Below are positions 1-12,620 of a stretch of 64,000 bases of DNA, piece by piece. The translations under genes and the position numbers were made by a program. The notes under the pieces were generated by a model that was given only the letters and a program-made list of their open reading frames with translations, did no database searches and had not been told where the DNA came from. The DNA comes from Octopus sinensis (taxonomy: Eukaryota). Numbering within the stretch: position 1 is the stretch's first letter; every line of letters starts with the position of its first letter. Location: contig NC_043022.1 in NCBI RefSeq assembly GCF_006345805.1, positions 7,378,001 to 7,442,000 on the forward strand, read 5' to 3'.

Positions 1-4
1 ACTC

Positions 5-35
<31 letters not shown>

Positions 36-214
36 ACACACATATATATATAAATATATACATATAGATACACACAGATATATATATATATATATATATA
101 TATTAATTTATTTATAAACATATACATATATGTTTATATGTTATACACACATATACATGTTCATATATATTCATATATCTGTGTATGTGTGTAATCGAAA
201 TATATACGTACACT

Positions 215-250
<36 letters not shown>

Positions 251-1060
251 GCTGTATATATAATGTGAGCGTGTGTATGTATGTATATGTACGTGTATGT
301 ATATCTGCACAAACATCTCTGGTGCTTCTATAAATCACATAATACAATGATGCATCATGGGAAAACAACATTAAACAGAAATACTATTGATTATTTCTTA
401 TCTCTCATTTTCAGCCTCTTGCTCTCCCCGTCTTCCTCTATCTCTCTCCCTCCCTCCCTCCCTCCCTCCCTCCTCCTCTCTCTCTCTCTCTTCACTATTT
501 ATTTACAAAGTTTCCTACAATTACTCTCCTTCTCTTCATCTCTCCTTTCCCTCTACCACTGTACTGAGTCTCTTTCTCTCCGCCTCTCAAGCTTTTTCCT
601 CTCATTCTATCCTTTGCCTTCATTTTGCTATAAGCTTTCTTTTTATCGTTGACTTCCTCTTTATATATTAGCCTCTCCTTTTTCTCTGTCTCTCTCTCCC
701 CCCCTCTCTCTCTATATATATATACACACATATATATATATAAATATAGATGGATAGATAGATAGATAGATCTTTTGGTTTCATTTTTCTCTTGTTTGAC
801 TGCTCTTTCTATCTTCCTTGTTTTCTCTTGTATTTAATTTCTTTTGCTCTTTTCGTTCTCCTCCTTCTTACTTCCTTCTCTGCTTTTATCCTCATCTTTC
901 TTCTTCTCCTTTTAGTCCCCCCATTTGTCCCCTCTGCATATTTCCTATTATCCCTCAAAACCCCTTCTTTCTGTCGATCCTCCATCTCTTCAGTTCTCTA
1001 CATCACTTTCTCTTTGCAATCTCCCGATCTCTCCCTCTCTTTCAAATATCGATTTCTTAC
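1..1060. repeat. (AT)n/(CA)n microsatellites followed by a CT-rich polypyrimidine tract
   Basis: Directly visible; the ORFs here (YIYI, LSLS, PPSL) are repeat translations. Confidence 0.95.
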
Positions 1061-1789
1061 TTACATACACTCAGTAGCCGTAAACTTTTGGAGAGGAGGA
1101 GGACCATAGCCGATTAAATCGGAATCAATATTTAACAGACACTTATTTGATCGATCTCAGAATAATGAAAGGCGAAATCAAACCCAGCGGGATTTGAACT
1201 CATCTCTGAAAAATATGAACCATATTAACCTTGTTCTGTAATATCTAACCCCTAGTCCGTAGGGTCTTAGAAATGTTTACGAAAAGCGTGCCCTGAACCG
1301 CCTCTTCAGATTAAATTGAAACAAAAATGGCGGTCCCTCTTTGTATTCTCATAATTCTTTGCTTTATATTTTAGTTTTCTGTAGTCTCATACTTCGATCT
1401 GTCCATGGACGTTTCTAATAGATTATCATTTTTTTTTTCAATGAGAAGCCTTTAACTTCTAGATCAATCCTTTTCTATTTCTAGAGAAAATGGTATTTTG
1501 AATCATCTCCCGTGACTCTTCGAAGAATGCAACATAGCCAATTCTAAAAGAGAAATAAAGCAGTTAGGAAAATCAACACCAGAACTCTTTCAGAATTTGT
1601 TAATAAATATAATCAACCTATAGAAAGTAACAGGTAAAAATACTTGATGTATCTCAACAAATAATCTTTTGTATTCTTCTGGGAAAATTCACCGATAAGT
1701 TCAGAGAGTTTGTCAAAGACGTCTAAGGTGTCATAAGTCAGTCTTCTAGATACGTATGATCAGTTTCCATGGCTACAGTAATAATATTT

Positions 1790-1950
1790 TATTTACTCTT
1801 TTACTCCTTTACTTGTTTCAGTCATTTGACTGCGGCCATGCTGCACCATCGCCTTTTTTAGTTAGAGAATCGACCCCAGGACATATTCTTTGTAAGCCTG
1901 GTACTTATTCTATCGGTCTCATTTGCCGAGTCGCTAAGTTATACCATTTA
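1790..1950 (-). mobile_element. SINE family B, 3' fragment
   Basis: Reverse complement of the tail ggcggtgctccagcatggccgcagtcaaatgactgaaacaagtaaaagag seen in the full copy at 29284-29783. Confidence 0.85.
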
Positions 1951-2141
1951 GAAAAATTACTCATTATAGAAAGATTAAATATAAGATAAAACATATAACA
2001 ATGATTAATTTTAATTTTTCATTATTGAATTGATAAATGGTAATTTTTTTTCTAATATATATATATATTATATTTTGTGAAATTTGGTTTAGTATTTCTA
2101 AATTGAATTTTTCCCTGTAAGTTTGGAATAATACTCCCTCA

Positions 2142-2188
<47 letters not shown>

Positions 2189-3007
2189 CATTGTTATATA
2201 TATATATATGCATGCGAGAGAGAATGATATAGAGATCTGTTAGAATTATATATGCGTAGTGGTGTATGTTTGGAGAGATTTCCCTATGTTGTGTGATTTA
2301 TGTCTACGTACGTGTGCAAACAGACAATTCCACTCGATAGGTAATAAGCGTAGTTCCATCAAACCGTATACCTCAAAGCAAAATGGCGTATGGAACACCA
2401 ATCTCAGTAGCTCGCTGTATTTTTTTTTTCTTTTTCCTTTCGAAGAATCAATATAGGATGTGTTAAGTTGTCGCCTTTTTTTTTTTTTGATGAACTCTTA
2501 CCTACACAGGGGAGGATACAATAACGATTTCTTAATTAGGCATAAAGTACTTTTGCATGATAAATCAACTCAATTGTCTTAATCGCACATTGCCGAAGAC
2601 GAACAGAGATAAATTGCAAATGAGAAAGAGAAAGAGAGAGAGAGAGAGAATAAATACGAATCGATTTCTACTCTATTCGGTTTACGGTACAGAACAATAA
2701 TTGCTGGAGACTGAGTAGAAATAAACCGGTAGATAATTAACCTTACCCGTACCCTTATCAACTTAAGTTTTGTTTCCATTAAACTGTGACAATTTCCTTT
2801 TAAGTAAGTCCTGTATTTTCATTACCGTGTAAACTAGAAATGGTACGTTCATTGATGTATGTTATATCCTACTACAAGCCAATCAGTCTCCAAGCTAATT
2901 AACTAACGTTTGTTTTAATATTTTATTACGTTATAGAACAGTAGACAAAAGCATCCATTTTTTTTTTCGTATTATTGGTTTCTTCTATAAGTACATGTCC
3001 AAATTGT

Positions 3008-3310
3008 GGAGGCACATGGCCTGGTGGTTAGAGCAGCAGACTCGAGGTCGAGGGATCGAGAGTTCGAATCTCAGAGCGGACGATGTGTGTGTTTATGAGC
3101 GAAACACCTAAGCTCCACACAGCTCCGGCAGAAGGTAATGGCGAAACTTCTGCTGATTCTTTCGCCACAACTTTCTCTCACTCTTTCCTCCTGCATCTTG
3201 CAGCTCACCTGCGACGGACCGGCGTCCCGTCCAGGTGGGGAACCTATACGCCAAGAAACCGGGAAACCGGCCGTTATGAGCCAGGCATGGATCGAGAAGG
3301 AACAAACAAC
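3008..3310 (+). mobile_element. tRNA-derived SINE, family C variant
   Basis: A-box tggcctggtgg and B-box agttcgaatc; body matches 12317 and 42033; tail cccgtccaggtggggaacctatacgccaag also at ~58905. Confidence 0.8.
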
Positions 3311-3875
3311 ATGTCAAATTGTGCCGAAGTCTTCTTTGCAATTCATCCTTTGGGAATAAGCGAAATAAGTACCAGTTGAGCTGTGGGGTCGGTGTTATCG
3401 ACCAGCCCTCAACGCCAAAATGTCAGGCCTTGGGCCAAAATTTGAAACGACGGAGGCAGCGAGCGGGCAGAATCGTTAGTACGTTCTGAGTTGAAATTCG
3501 TAACGTTAGGCTCTGAGTTCAAATTCCTCCGAGGTCGACTTTGCCTGACACCCTATCGGGGTCGATAAAATAAGAACCAGTTGATTCGAAATAGCTGACC
3601 TTGTGCTAAAATCTAAACCAGAATTTCATCACATCACGGAACAGTGGAAGAAAAAAAAACTATTTTTGTATTATTTAATTGTTTCTTTTATAGGTAGATA
3701 GCCAAATTGTGACGAGGTATTCTTTGCATTTCATCCTTTGGGAGTAGATAAAACAAGTATCAGTTGAGCTTTGAGGTCAGTGTAATCGACCCCCAAATTT
3801 CAGACCTTGAGCCAAAATGTGAAACCACGGAGGCGGCAAGCAGGCAGAATTGTTAGCACGTTCTGAGTTTCAATT
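3310..3875 (+). mobile_element. Degenerate, partly duplicated SINE family A copies
   Basis: gttctgagttcaaattcctccgaggtcgactttgcc core; 3310-3510 resembles 3704-3875. Confidence 0.75.
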
Positions 3876-4175
3876 AGGTGCAATCCCTTCGGTCATGAAT
3901 GATCAAGGGATTGCACCTGAAAGTTTCCCTCTGGGCAAGGTTGTTTATGGAATACCAGCGGTCGCCTATGCATACCGCTTCCCCTCTCCTTTCCACCCAT
4001 GTTATTCAAGGGAAAGGCAAAGGGGCCGATACAGCTTGGCACCAGTGACATCACAACTCATTTCTAACGCTGAGTGAAGTGAAACAACGTGAAATAAAGT
4101 GTCTTTCCTAAGAACACAACATACAGCTTAGCCCGGGAATCGAACTCACTACCTCATGATTGTGACACCGACGCT
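3875..4175 (-). mobile_element. SINE family D (tRNA head plus central conserved domain)
   Basis: Matches copies at 47985-48256 and 60205-60484; B-box seen as gggaatcgaact on the plus strand. Confidence 0.85.
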
Positions 4176-4746
4176 ACATTTCAAATATGCACAGTAAGGC
4201 GCGCTTTGATAAAAATAATTTTGCCGCTATTTGTAGTTAGCATTGTAATTATATATATAAGACGTTTTACGAACGTCTAAGCTCCGAGTTCAAATCAGGC
4301 CGAGGTCTACCTTATATTTTGCATCCACGTATTTCTAAAATATATTCTCTATACTAAAGACACTAGTGTTGGCCTGTGTCACAAAAGCCTTTTAGTCTTC
4401 CTTTACTGGTAGAGTCTAAAGTGCGGAGGCCCAAAATAACAAAATAAAGGATTTTTGTAAAGCAGGTCTATTACTAGTGGTAGTCTACCTAGCTGATTCC
4501 AAGAAGTAACCGCGGAGTTTGACTGGTATTTCTACACCCGTTTATTACTGATTACCAAAGAAGATTGAATCGAGAAGAGTATATGGCATGCGTTCTTTTC
4601 TCAGGTTTATTGATGCAAACTTAAGCGATTTGGTTTCGGTTGGAAATCAGCGAATGGAAATCCGACCAACAGATGAATCTTCGCTATGAAAGCTGACTAC
4701 TTTTACGCCATAATACTATTCATTGCTGGCAAATAATGTGTGTGTA

Positions 4747-4779
<33 letters not shown>

Positions 4780-4839
4780 CCGCTTGTGTATTGTTGGCGA
4801 TTTTCTTTCTCCGTCTTCCCTTCTTTGGACTTTTTCTAT

Positions 4840-4874
4840 ATTTCTGATGAAGAGCTCCGCTCGAAACGTGAAAT
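4840..4874 (+). ncRNA. Minimal type I hammerhead-like motif, probably inactive
   Basis: ATTT-CTGATGA-A-GAGC-TCC-GCTC-GAA-ACGT-G-AAAT; G at the cleavage position. Confidence 0.6.
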
Positions 4875-5002
4875 CCTATTTTCTTTCTTTCCTGGGCGTC
4901 CAATAACATAGTGCTTGTACCACGTCCACGCGTTGTTTTTCTTGCCCGTTCTTGTTTGGATTGACTATACATACACACGCGCACGCACTCACGCACACAC
5001 AC

Positions 5003-5038
<36 letters not shown>

Positions 5039-5049
5039 CACACACACAC

Positions 5050-5095
<46 letters not shown>

Positions 5096-5785
5096 CAGTG
5101 TGGTTAAGAAGCTCATTTTCTAACGATGCGGTTTCAGGTTCGGTCCTACTCTGCGATATCTTGGATAAGTGTCTCCTATTGTGGCCTCGAGTCCACGAAT
5201 GCTTTGTGAGTAATTTGGTAGAAGGAAACAGCGTGGAAACCGTCTTATGCATATAGATAGACAAACAGGTAGCGCGACAGAAAGATGATAGATAGATAGA
5301 TGATAGATAGATAGACACGTGTTTGTCTTTGTGCTAATGTCACGTTAGTCCCCCCCCACCTTTTGACAACAGGTGTTGGTTTATTTATGTCCCTTTGACC
5401 CTGCAGTTTAGGCCCAAAATAACAAAATAAAGGATTTTTGTAAAGCAGGTCTATTACTAGTGGTGGTCTTCCAAGAAGTAACCGCGGAGTTTGACTGGTA
5501 TTTCTACACCCGTTTATTACTGATTACCAAAGAAGATTGAATCGAGAAGAGTATATGGCATGCGTTCTTTTCTCAGGTTTATTGATGCAAACTTAAGCGA
5601 TTTGGTTTCGGTTGGACATCAGCGAATGGAAATCCGACCAACAGATGAATCTTCGCTATGAAAGCTGACTACTTTTACGCCATAATACTATTCATTGCTG
5701 GCAAATAATGTGTGTGTATGTGTGACCGCTTGTGTATTGTTGGCGATTTTCTTTCTCCGTCTTCCCTTCTTTGGACTTTTTCTAT

Positions 5786-5820
5786 ATTTCTGATGAAGAG
5801 CTCCGCTCGAAACGTGAAAT
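5786..5820 (+). ncRNA. Second copy of the hammerhead-like motif in the tandem duplication
   Basis: Identical to 4840-4874. Confidence 0.6.
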
Positions 5821-5931
5821 CCTATCTTCTTTCTTTCCTGAGCGTCCAATAACATAGTGCTTGTACCACGTCCACGCGTTGTTTTTCTTGCTCGTTCTTG
5901 TTTGGATTGACTATACATACACACGCGCACG

Positions 5932-5964
<33 letters not shown>

Positions 5965-6508
5965 TGCTACTGCAGTGTGGTTAAGAAGCTCATTTTTTAA
6001 CGATGCGGTTTCAGGTTCGGTCCTACTCTGCGATATCTTGGATAAGTGTCTCCTATTGTGGCCTCGAGTCGACGAATGCCTTGTGAGTAAATTTGGTAGA
6101 AGGAAACAGCGTGGAAACCCGTCTTATGCATATAGATAGACAAACAGGTAGCGCGACAGAAAGATAGATAGATGGACACGTGTTTGTCTTTGTGCTAATG
6201 TCACGTTAGTCCCCCCCCCACCTTTTGACAACAGGTGTTGGTTTATTTATGTCCCTATGACCCTGCAGTTTAACAAAAACAATAAGAGAACTGAATAAAC
6301 CAAAATAGGTATTGGGGTCTATTTCTTATTTAAAACTCCGTCAAGGCGGTGTCCCATCATAGCTGCAATCCAATAACGAAAACAAGCAAAATATAAAAAA
6401 TAGATTGTATTTCTTTTTTTTTTTTCTCAATCGTTACAGTCATTCGACTGTGGTCATGCTGGAGCACTACCTTGAAAAATTGAAGCGTACAACAGTTTTT
6501 CAATCCAC

Positions 6509-6582
6509 TGCCGTCCGTGAGATTCGAACTCATAACCCCATGTTTACGCGACCAGTGCTCTAAACCAATGAACTATAGGGGC
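6509..6582 (-). pseudogene. Degenerate tRNA-Thr(CGT)-like sequence
   Basis: Minus strand GCCCCTATAGTTCATTGGTTTAGAGCACTGGTCGCGTAAACATGGGGTTATGAGTTCGAATCTCACGGACGGCA: D loop, CGT anticodon and TTCGAAT T loop are present, but the acceptor and anticodon stems are mismatched. Confidence 0.7.
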
Positions 6583-6924
6583 TCCCATGTATGTATTATT
6601 CAAGAGCAAATGTATGCCTTTGTTTGTGGATATTTGTATATTTGTAAGAGGAATACAGAGTAGGGGTGAGAGGAGAGAAAGCGTTAGATTAAGAGGGAGA
6701 AAGAGAGAGAAGGATGATTTTTCATTAGTCAGCAAAAATTAATGTGTTCGTATCAATGTATCATCGACGGGCAGTCCGGTTTTGAAGACAACAGACAGAC
6801 GTCCGTAATCGCCTAAGATCTGCAATCGACGCGAGATGTGTAAACAGAGGTATGTGTCTGTACACATGTATGATATGCAAGTCTGTAGGTGCGCATGTGT
6901 ATGGATATATATCTGTCTGCCTAT

Positions 6925-6963
6925 CTATCTATCTATCTATCTATCTATATGTTTGTCTCTCTC

Positions 6964-7017
<54 letters not shown>

Positions 7018-7192
7018 GGAGAAAAAGAGAGATAGCGAGATAAATAGATAGATAATGAATGGATATATTTGTAAATAAGGGTATATATCAACAGAGGGAG
7101 AGAGAGGAAAAGGAAACACACACACGTTGTGTGTACACATGATTATGTATGTGTATGTAACTATATATATATATATATATATATACGCGCGC

Positions 7193-7234
<42 letters not shown>

Positions 7235-7523
7235 CATATATATGTGTGTGTGTGTGTGTGTCTGAAAATATATACATACATACAACACATACACAAATAC
7301 ATACATACATACCTACATATACATACACACACATATACATACGTAAATACACATACATACACACACACATATATACATATATATATATATACATGCACAC
7401 GTATATATATATATACACACATATAGATATATATAATATATATATATATACATGCACGCGTACATGTATATATATACACACATACACACACATATATATA
7501 TACATACATACATGCACACACAG

Positions 7524-7570
<47 letters not shown>

Positions 7571-7700
7571 TATATATATATACATGCACACACACATATA
7601 TATATATACACGCACACACACACACATATATATATATACATGCACACACACATATATATATATATACACGCACACACACACACATATATATATATACGCG
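6925..7700. repeat. Compound (ATCT)/(CA)/(AT)/(CATA) microsatellite
   Basis: Directly visible. Confidence 0.95.
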
Positions 7701-7989
7701 ATCATAAAAACGCTGCTCATTGAATTACCGCTCTCCGACGCCATATTCCCCGGTCAGTCGACGGCTCTGCCTTGTGCCCTGTTTCAAACCCCAGATGCAG
7801 GCACGTCTCACTTGCGAACATTATTACCATTATTATCAGGAATACACTTTCTCACAGAAAAAGGGTTCTCTCGCTGCAAAACCCTTATTGGATTAACAGG
7901 GATACTTTCCTGACAATCAAACCGAGTTAAGAGACGGAACGGCAAATGAAACGTTTTATTAGTGGAACGGTGGGGTGTACGATGAAGGG

Positions 7990-9530
7990 AAGGAGGGTAG
8001 TGATAGTAGTAGTAGTAATAGTGGTGGAGGTGATAGTAGTAGTAGTAATAGTGGTGGTGGTGATAGTAGTAGTAGTAATGGTGGTGGTGGTGATAGTAGT
8101 AGTAGTAGTGGCGGTGGTGGTGATAGTGGTAGTAGTAGTGGCGGTGGTGGTGATAGTAGTAATGGTGGTGGTGATAGTAGTAATGGTGGTGGTGATAGTA
8201 GTAATGGTGGTGGTGATAGTAGTAGTGGCGGTGGTGGTGATAGCCGTAGTGGCGGTGGTGGTGATAGTAGTAGTGGCGGTGGTGGTGATAGTAGTAGTGG
8301 CGGTGGTGGTGATAGTAGTAGTGGCGGTGGTGGTGATAGTAGTAATGGTGGTGGTGGTGATAGTAGTAATGGTGGTGGTGGTGGTAGTAGTAGTGGCGGT
8401 GGTTGTGATAGTAGTAGTGGCGGTGGTGGTGGTAGTAGTAGTGGCGGTGGTTGTGATAGTAGTAATGGTGGTGGTGATGATAGTAGTAATGGTGGTGGTG
8501 ATGATAGTGGTAGTAGTAATGGTGGTGGTGGTGGTGATAGTAGTAGTAGTAGTAGTAGTGGCGGTGGTGGTGATAGTAGTAGTGGCGGTGGTGGTGATAG
8601 TAGTAGTGGTGGTGGTGGTGATAGTAGTAATGGTGGTGGTGGTGATAGTAGTAATGGTGGTGGTGATGATAGTGGTAGTAGTAATGGTGGTGGTGATAGT
8701 AGTAGTAGTAGTAATGGTGGTGGTGGTGATAGTAGTGGTGGTGGTGATAGTGGTAGTAGTAGTGGCGGTGGTGGTGGTAGTGATAGTAGTAGTAGTAATA
8801 GTTGTAGCAGTGATGGTGCTGGCTGTGGTTCTGGTGGTGGTGATAGTAGTCGTAGTGGTGACGATGTTACGAATGGTGGTAATGGTGGTGGTACTGTTGG
8901 CAGTTGTGGTGTTTGCTGTAGTGGTGTTGGTGGCGGTTGTGTGTTTGCAGTGGTTGTGGTGGCAGCTGCGGTGTTTGCTAAGGTGGTGGTGATGGTGGTG
9001 GCGGTTGTAGTAGAGGCGGTGTTAATAGTGATGGTGGTGGTGGAGGAGATGAAGGTTCTGGTCGTAGTGCTAGTGGTCGTGGTGATGATGGTGGGGGTGG
9101 TTGTTAACGTGGTAGTAATGGTAACAGTATTGGTTGTGTTGATGATAATAATGGTAGAAGTAGTATTGGTGCTGGCTATGGTGGTCATGGTGAAGGCAAC
9201 AGTTGTGGTATCTAGTGGTAGTTGTAATGGTGGTGGTAATAGTGGTCATGGTGGCAGTAGCCATTGTAGTGGTAATAGTATTAGTGTTTAGTGTTAATGG
9301 TTGTTATTGTTTGGGTAGTAGTGGCGGTGGTAGTGACGTTGGCAGTAATATTGATAATGCTTTTATTTGTAGCCACAGCGTTTACATAAAGTGGAGGTAG
9401 TGGCGGTAGTAGTAGTAGTAATGTAGGTGATGGTGGTGGTGTTGATTGTCATCGTAGTAGTTGAAGTGGTGGTTGTCGTAGTAGTAGTAGTAGTGGTGGT
9501 GGAGGTGATCGTCGTCGTCGTTATGGTTGC
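7990..9530. repeat. GGT/AGT trinucleotide-derived minisatellite with higher-order ~21-24 bp units (gatagtagtagtggcggtggtggt)
   Basis: Directly visible; gives long GGGDSSS, VVVIVV and PPPLLLS ORFs because those frames lack stop codons. Confidence 0.95.
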
Positions 9531-9769
9531 GGTGGAGTTTAGCGTGTGTAAGTAGGTGATCAAGCGAAATCATAATCAAAGGCCGTCCAGATGTGACCAT
9601 CACAACTTTTTCAACAGTATGTAGGCATTAAATTTAATATTCCTCTTCGTGAAGTATGTGGTGCGTGAATTGTGGAAAAATTAATTGTTCTTCCTTGAGA
9701 TTCGAACCACACTATTATCTTACACGCTGGTATCTGACTCTGTAATACAATATTTCTATCAACATTTCC

Positions 9770-10120
9770 CTATGTTAATGAGACATGAAAGAGGAACGAG
9801 AAAATCCAGAGAAAGCTTGATGTCTTCCACCAAAGATGCTTAGGAAGGAATCTGAGAACAAACTGGTAAGGCTACGTAACCAGCGAAGTCTTTTGTTCCA
9901 AAGAAAATGAAGATGAGGAATCATTACGGAACGAAGATTTAAACTAGCCAATGGCATACTCCGGCTACCAGGGGAAAAAATGACATTCGCGAACAGCTTT
10001 GAATTTTAGAGACCACCGGAGGGGGAAGCAAGAGAGGAAGATTGAAAATTATCTGGTGCAGAACCTTCGTAACTGACATGAGAGTGGCTTGGAAAGGATT
10101 CTGCGAGCGTTCTGACAAGA
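9770..10120 (+). mobile_element. RTE-clade LINE 3' fragment, degenerate
   Basis: Frameshifted translation includes RKLDVFHQRCLGR and a basic GGSKRGRLKIIW segment, typical of the RTE ORF C-terminus. Confidence 0.7.
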
Positions 10121-10446
10121 CTAATGAGCAAAGACTAATGAACACAAGGCTAATGAGTAAAGACTAAAGAGCAAAGACTAACGGGCAAAGACTAAAGAGC
10201 AAAGACAAACGGGCAAAGACTAACGGGTAAAGACAAACGGGCAAAGACTAACGGGTAAAGACAAACGGGCAAAGACTAACGGGTAAAGACTAACGGGCAA
10301 AGACTAACGAGCAAAGACTAACGAGCAAGGGCCAACGAGCAAAGACCAACGAGCAAAGACTAACGAAGACTAACGAACAACGACTAACGAGTAAAGACTA
10401 ACGAGTAAAGACTAACGAGTAAAGATTAACGAGCAAAGACTAATGA
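10117..10446 (+). repeat. 14-bp minisatellite (aagactaacgggca and variants), roughly 23 units
   Basis: Directly visible; abuts the LINE 3' end. Confidence 0.95.
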
Positions 10447-10517
10447 ATCAGGAGAGCCAACACAAGACCCCATTGTGAAATCATCACATAACAAAGATTA
10501 AAACAAACACGTACACA

Positions 10518-11460
10518 TACGAGGTGGTACCCAATAAATAAATAAAAAATGCGTAACTTTGCAATATGATTTTATTCACTTAGTTTTACATATTTACACT
10601 TTTATCGCCTTCAAAGTATTCTCCATTTGAACCAATGCAATCAGTTCTGGCGCGTTTCTCCTATTCGAAACAATGCTGGAACTCTTGCGAAGCGATGTCT
10701 TTTAACGCCTCTGTTTGTTTTTTTTTTCTTTTTCTTCAACTCTTTCAGATCTGCAAATTCCGTAGTACCAGCTTCTGTCACCAGCGATAACCTTCGAAAA
10801 AATGTCCAGATCAACTTCCAACTGTTCTTTCGGTTCACGACACGCATTCAGTCGTGACTGCTTTTGATCTTCTGTGAGCAAGCGAGGCACAAATTTTGCT
10901 GAAACTCTTTTTTCATTCGCAATTCCTCGCTCCAACTTCGTTGACAGGATCTCCAGGACACACCAGTCATGCCAACAAGTCGTCAATTGTTTGGTGACAG
11001 TCCTCTAAGGTCAGTTCATGATTTTCATGATGTTTTCATTCGTTCGGGAGGTGGACGGTCGCCCTGAACGAGGTTTGTCTTCAAGCGACAAGTGATCATT
11101 CTGAAAGCCTAAAAACCACTCGAAGACTTGTGTTTTGCTCATGGCATCGGACTTGTAAGCTTTTTGAAGCATGACAACTGTTTCGGTTGCTGTTTTCCCT
11201 GGGGGGGGGGAACCCAGCTGAATGTCACAGAAGCAAACCGGTCCTTCGTTTTAGCCATCGCAAAACATCAATGAGAGCAGGGGATAAGCACTGCGAAACA
11301 AAGACACGCCAGGTGGCAGTACAACCTCAGTAGACGACGCTGATCAGCAGACTGATGTCTGAGAGTTGAATTAAGTGGCTTCTAGTGGCGGAAGTCCGAA
11401 CTACAACGGACTTATCCCATAGAGAGCGTTTCCGGTTACTTCTGGATACCCGCTCACATA
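10518..11460 (-). mobile_element. Mariner-family DNA transposon, internally deleted and frameshifted
   Basis: Minus-strand translation GKTATET...MSKTQVFEW...LEDKPRSGRPST and RVSAKFVPRLLTEDQKQSR...VIAGDRSW (WVPHEL-type motif and first catalytic D); TA-bounded degenerate ends. Confidence 0.9.
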
Positions 11461-11590
11461 GATGTCCTTTTAACCAGAATCGTCTTCACAGTTAAAGGTA
11501 AGTGGAACGATAATCTATTATTATGATAAACGCAAAATTCTATCTGTCTGTCTGCCCGTCAATCTACATTTGCTCTGCATAAACATATTA

Positions 11591-12102
11591 CCGTAAATCC
11601 TCGAGTATAATCCGCATTTTCCCCTCAAAATTTAAGCGTCAAAATCCCTAGTGCGTACTATATACGAGGTTAAAAATGAAAAAAAAATCCTAATCATTGT
11701 CCGCGTCTCTATTTGCTGTCCGGCAATGTTTATTCAGACGCATTTTGTGATGTCGGGCGTGAAAATACCTTAAGCTAAGCCTGAAAGCAATGAAGTCATA
11801 AAAGAATCATCCATAACTTGCAGTAAGCAACATTTATTAAACGTTATTACCGTTATTTCTTTATTTTCTGCAAACAAAATGTACAAAAAAGCTACACGTT
11901 TGCATTATGTTAAATATACAATAATAATAAGGGACGTTACTGTATACATTTTTATGAACCAAGGACGTTATATAGACCTCCTTGACTCAAGTTAGAGAAG
12001 GGGTGCGTATTATACACAAGGTTTAGGTTTTTCGGAGGTACAGCCCCCTAAAAATCCCCTGCGTATTATACTCAAGGGCGGACTATACTCGAGGATTTAC
12101 GG
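11591..12102. mobile_element. Tc1/pogo-type MITE
   Basis: 25-bp TIRs ccgtaaatcctcgagtata(a/g)tccgc with 1 mismatch, TA on both sides, subterminal tgcgta(c/t)tata repeats, no ORF. Confidence 0.9.
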
Positions 12103-12316
12103 TATACCTTTTTGGAATCAGGATGATCCCAGGATTGAAAATCGGCCATTTCGTTTGGTTCTTGAACATCCCACCCAGTTCTGGATAAGGATATGTTAAA
12201 TGCTTACAGTTGAAAATCCAGATTTTAAAAGAACTCTAAAAAATGTGTGTACTTACGAGTTTTTCATTTAAACTGAATTTAAGGTAGTACCGTATTGGCA
12301 GGGTAATACCATATTA

Positions 12317-12620
12317 GGAGAGGCAATGGCCCAGTGGTTAGGGCAGCGGACTCGCGGTCGGAGGATCGCGGTTTCGATTCCCAGACCGGATGTTGTGAGT
12401 GTTTATTGAGCGAAAACACATAAAAGCTCCACGAGGCTCCGGCAGTGGGTGGTGGCGACCCCTGTTGTACTCTTTCGCCACAACCTTCTCTCATTCTCTC
12501 TTCTTGTTTCATGAGTAACGCTGCGATGGACTGGCATCCCGTCCAGCTGGAGGGAACACATACGACACAGAAACCGGGAAACTGGGCCCATGAGCCTGGC
12601 TAGGCTTGAAAAGGGCGACG
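12317..12620 (+). mobile_element. SINE family C
   Basis: tRNA-like head ggcccagtggttagggcagcggactcgcggtcggaggatcgcggtttcgattcc. Confidence 0.9.

Larger units (their letters stand above)
4427..6272. repeat. Tandem duplication, two units of ~980 and ~860 bp
   Basis: aggcccaaaataacaaaataaagg starts at 4427 and 5410; the units differ mainly in microsatellite length. Confidence 0.95.

Noticed and set aside
1200-1760. Coding exon in a unique island with a strong minus-strand acceptor near 1550
   Set aside because: All frames stop within about 30 codons and no homology is recognisable
6509-6582. Functional tRNA-Thr gene
   Set aside because: Three acceptor-stem mismatches, a broken anticodon stem and loss of U33
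10117-10446. CRISPR array (also considered for 41841-41930 and the 184-bp SINE arrays)
   Set aside because: No unique spacers, no cas genes, eukaryotic context
12317-12400. tRNA genes at SINE heads
   Set aside because: A and B boxes are present but there is no acceptor stem, and each continues into a SINE body
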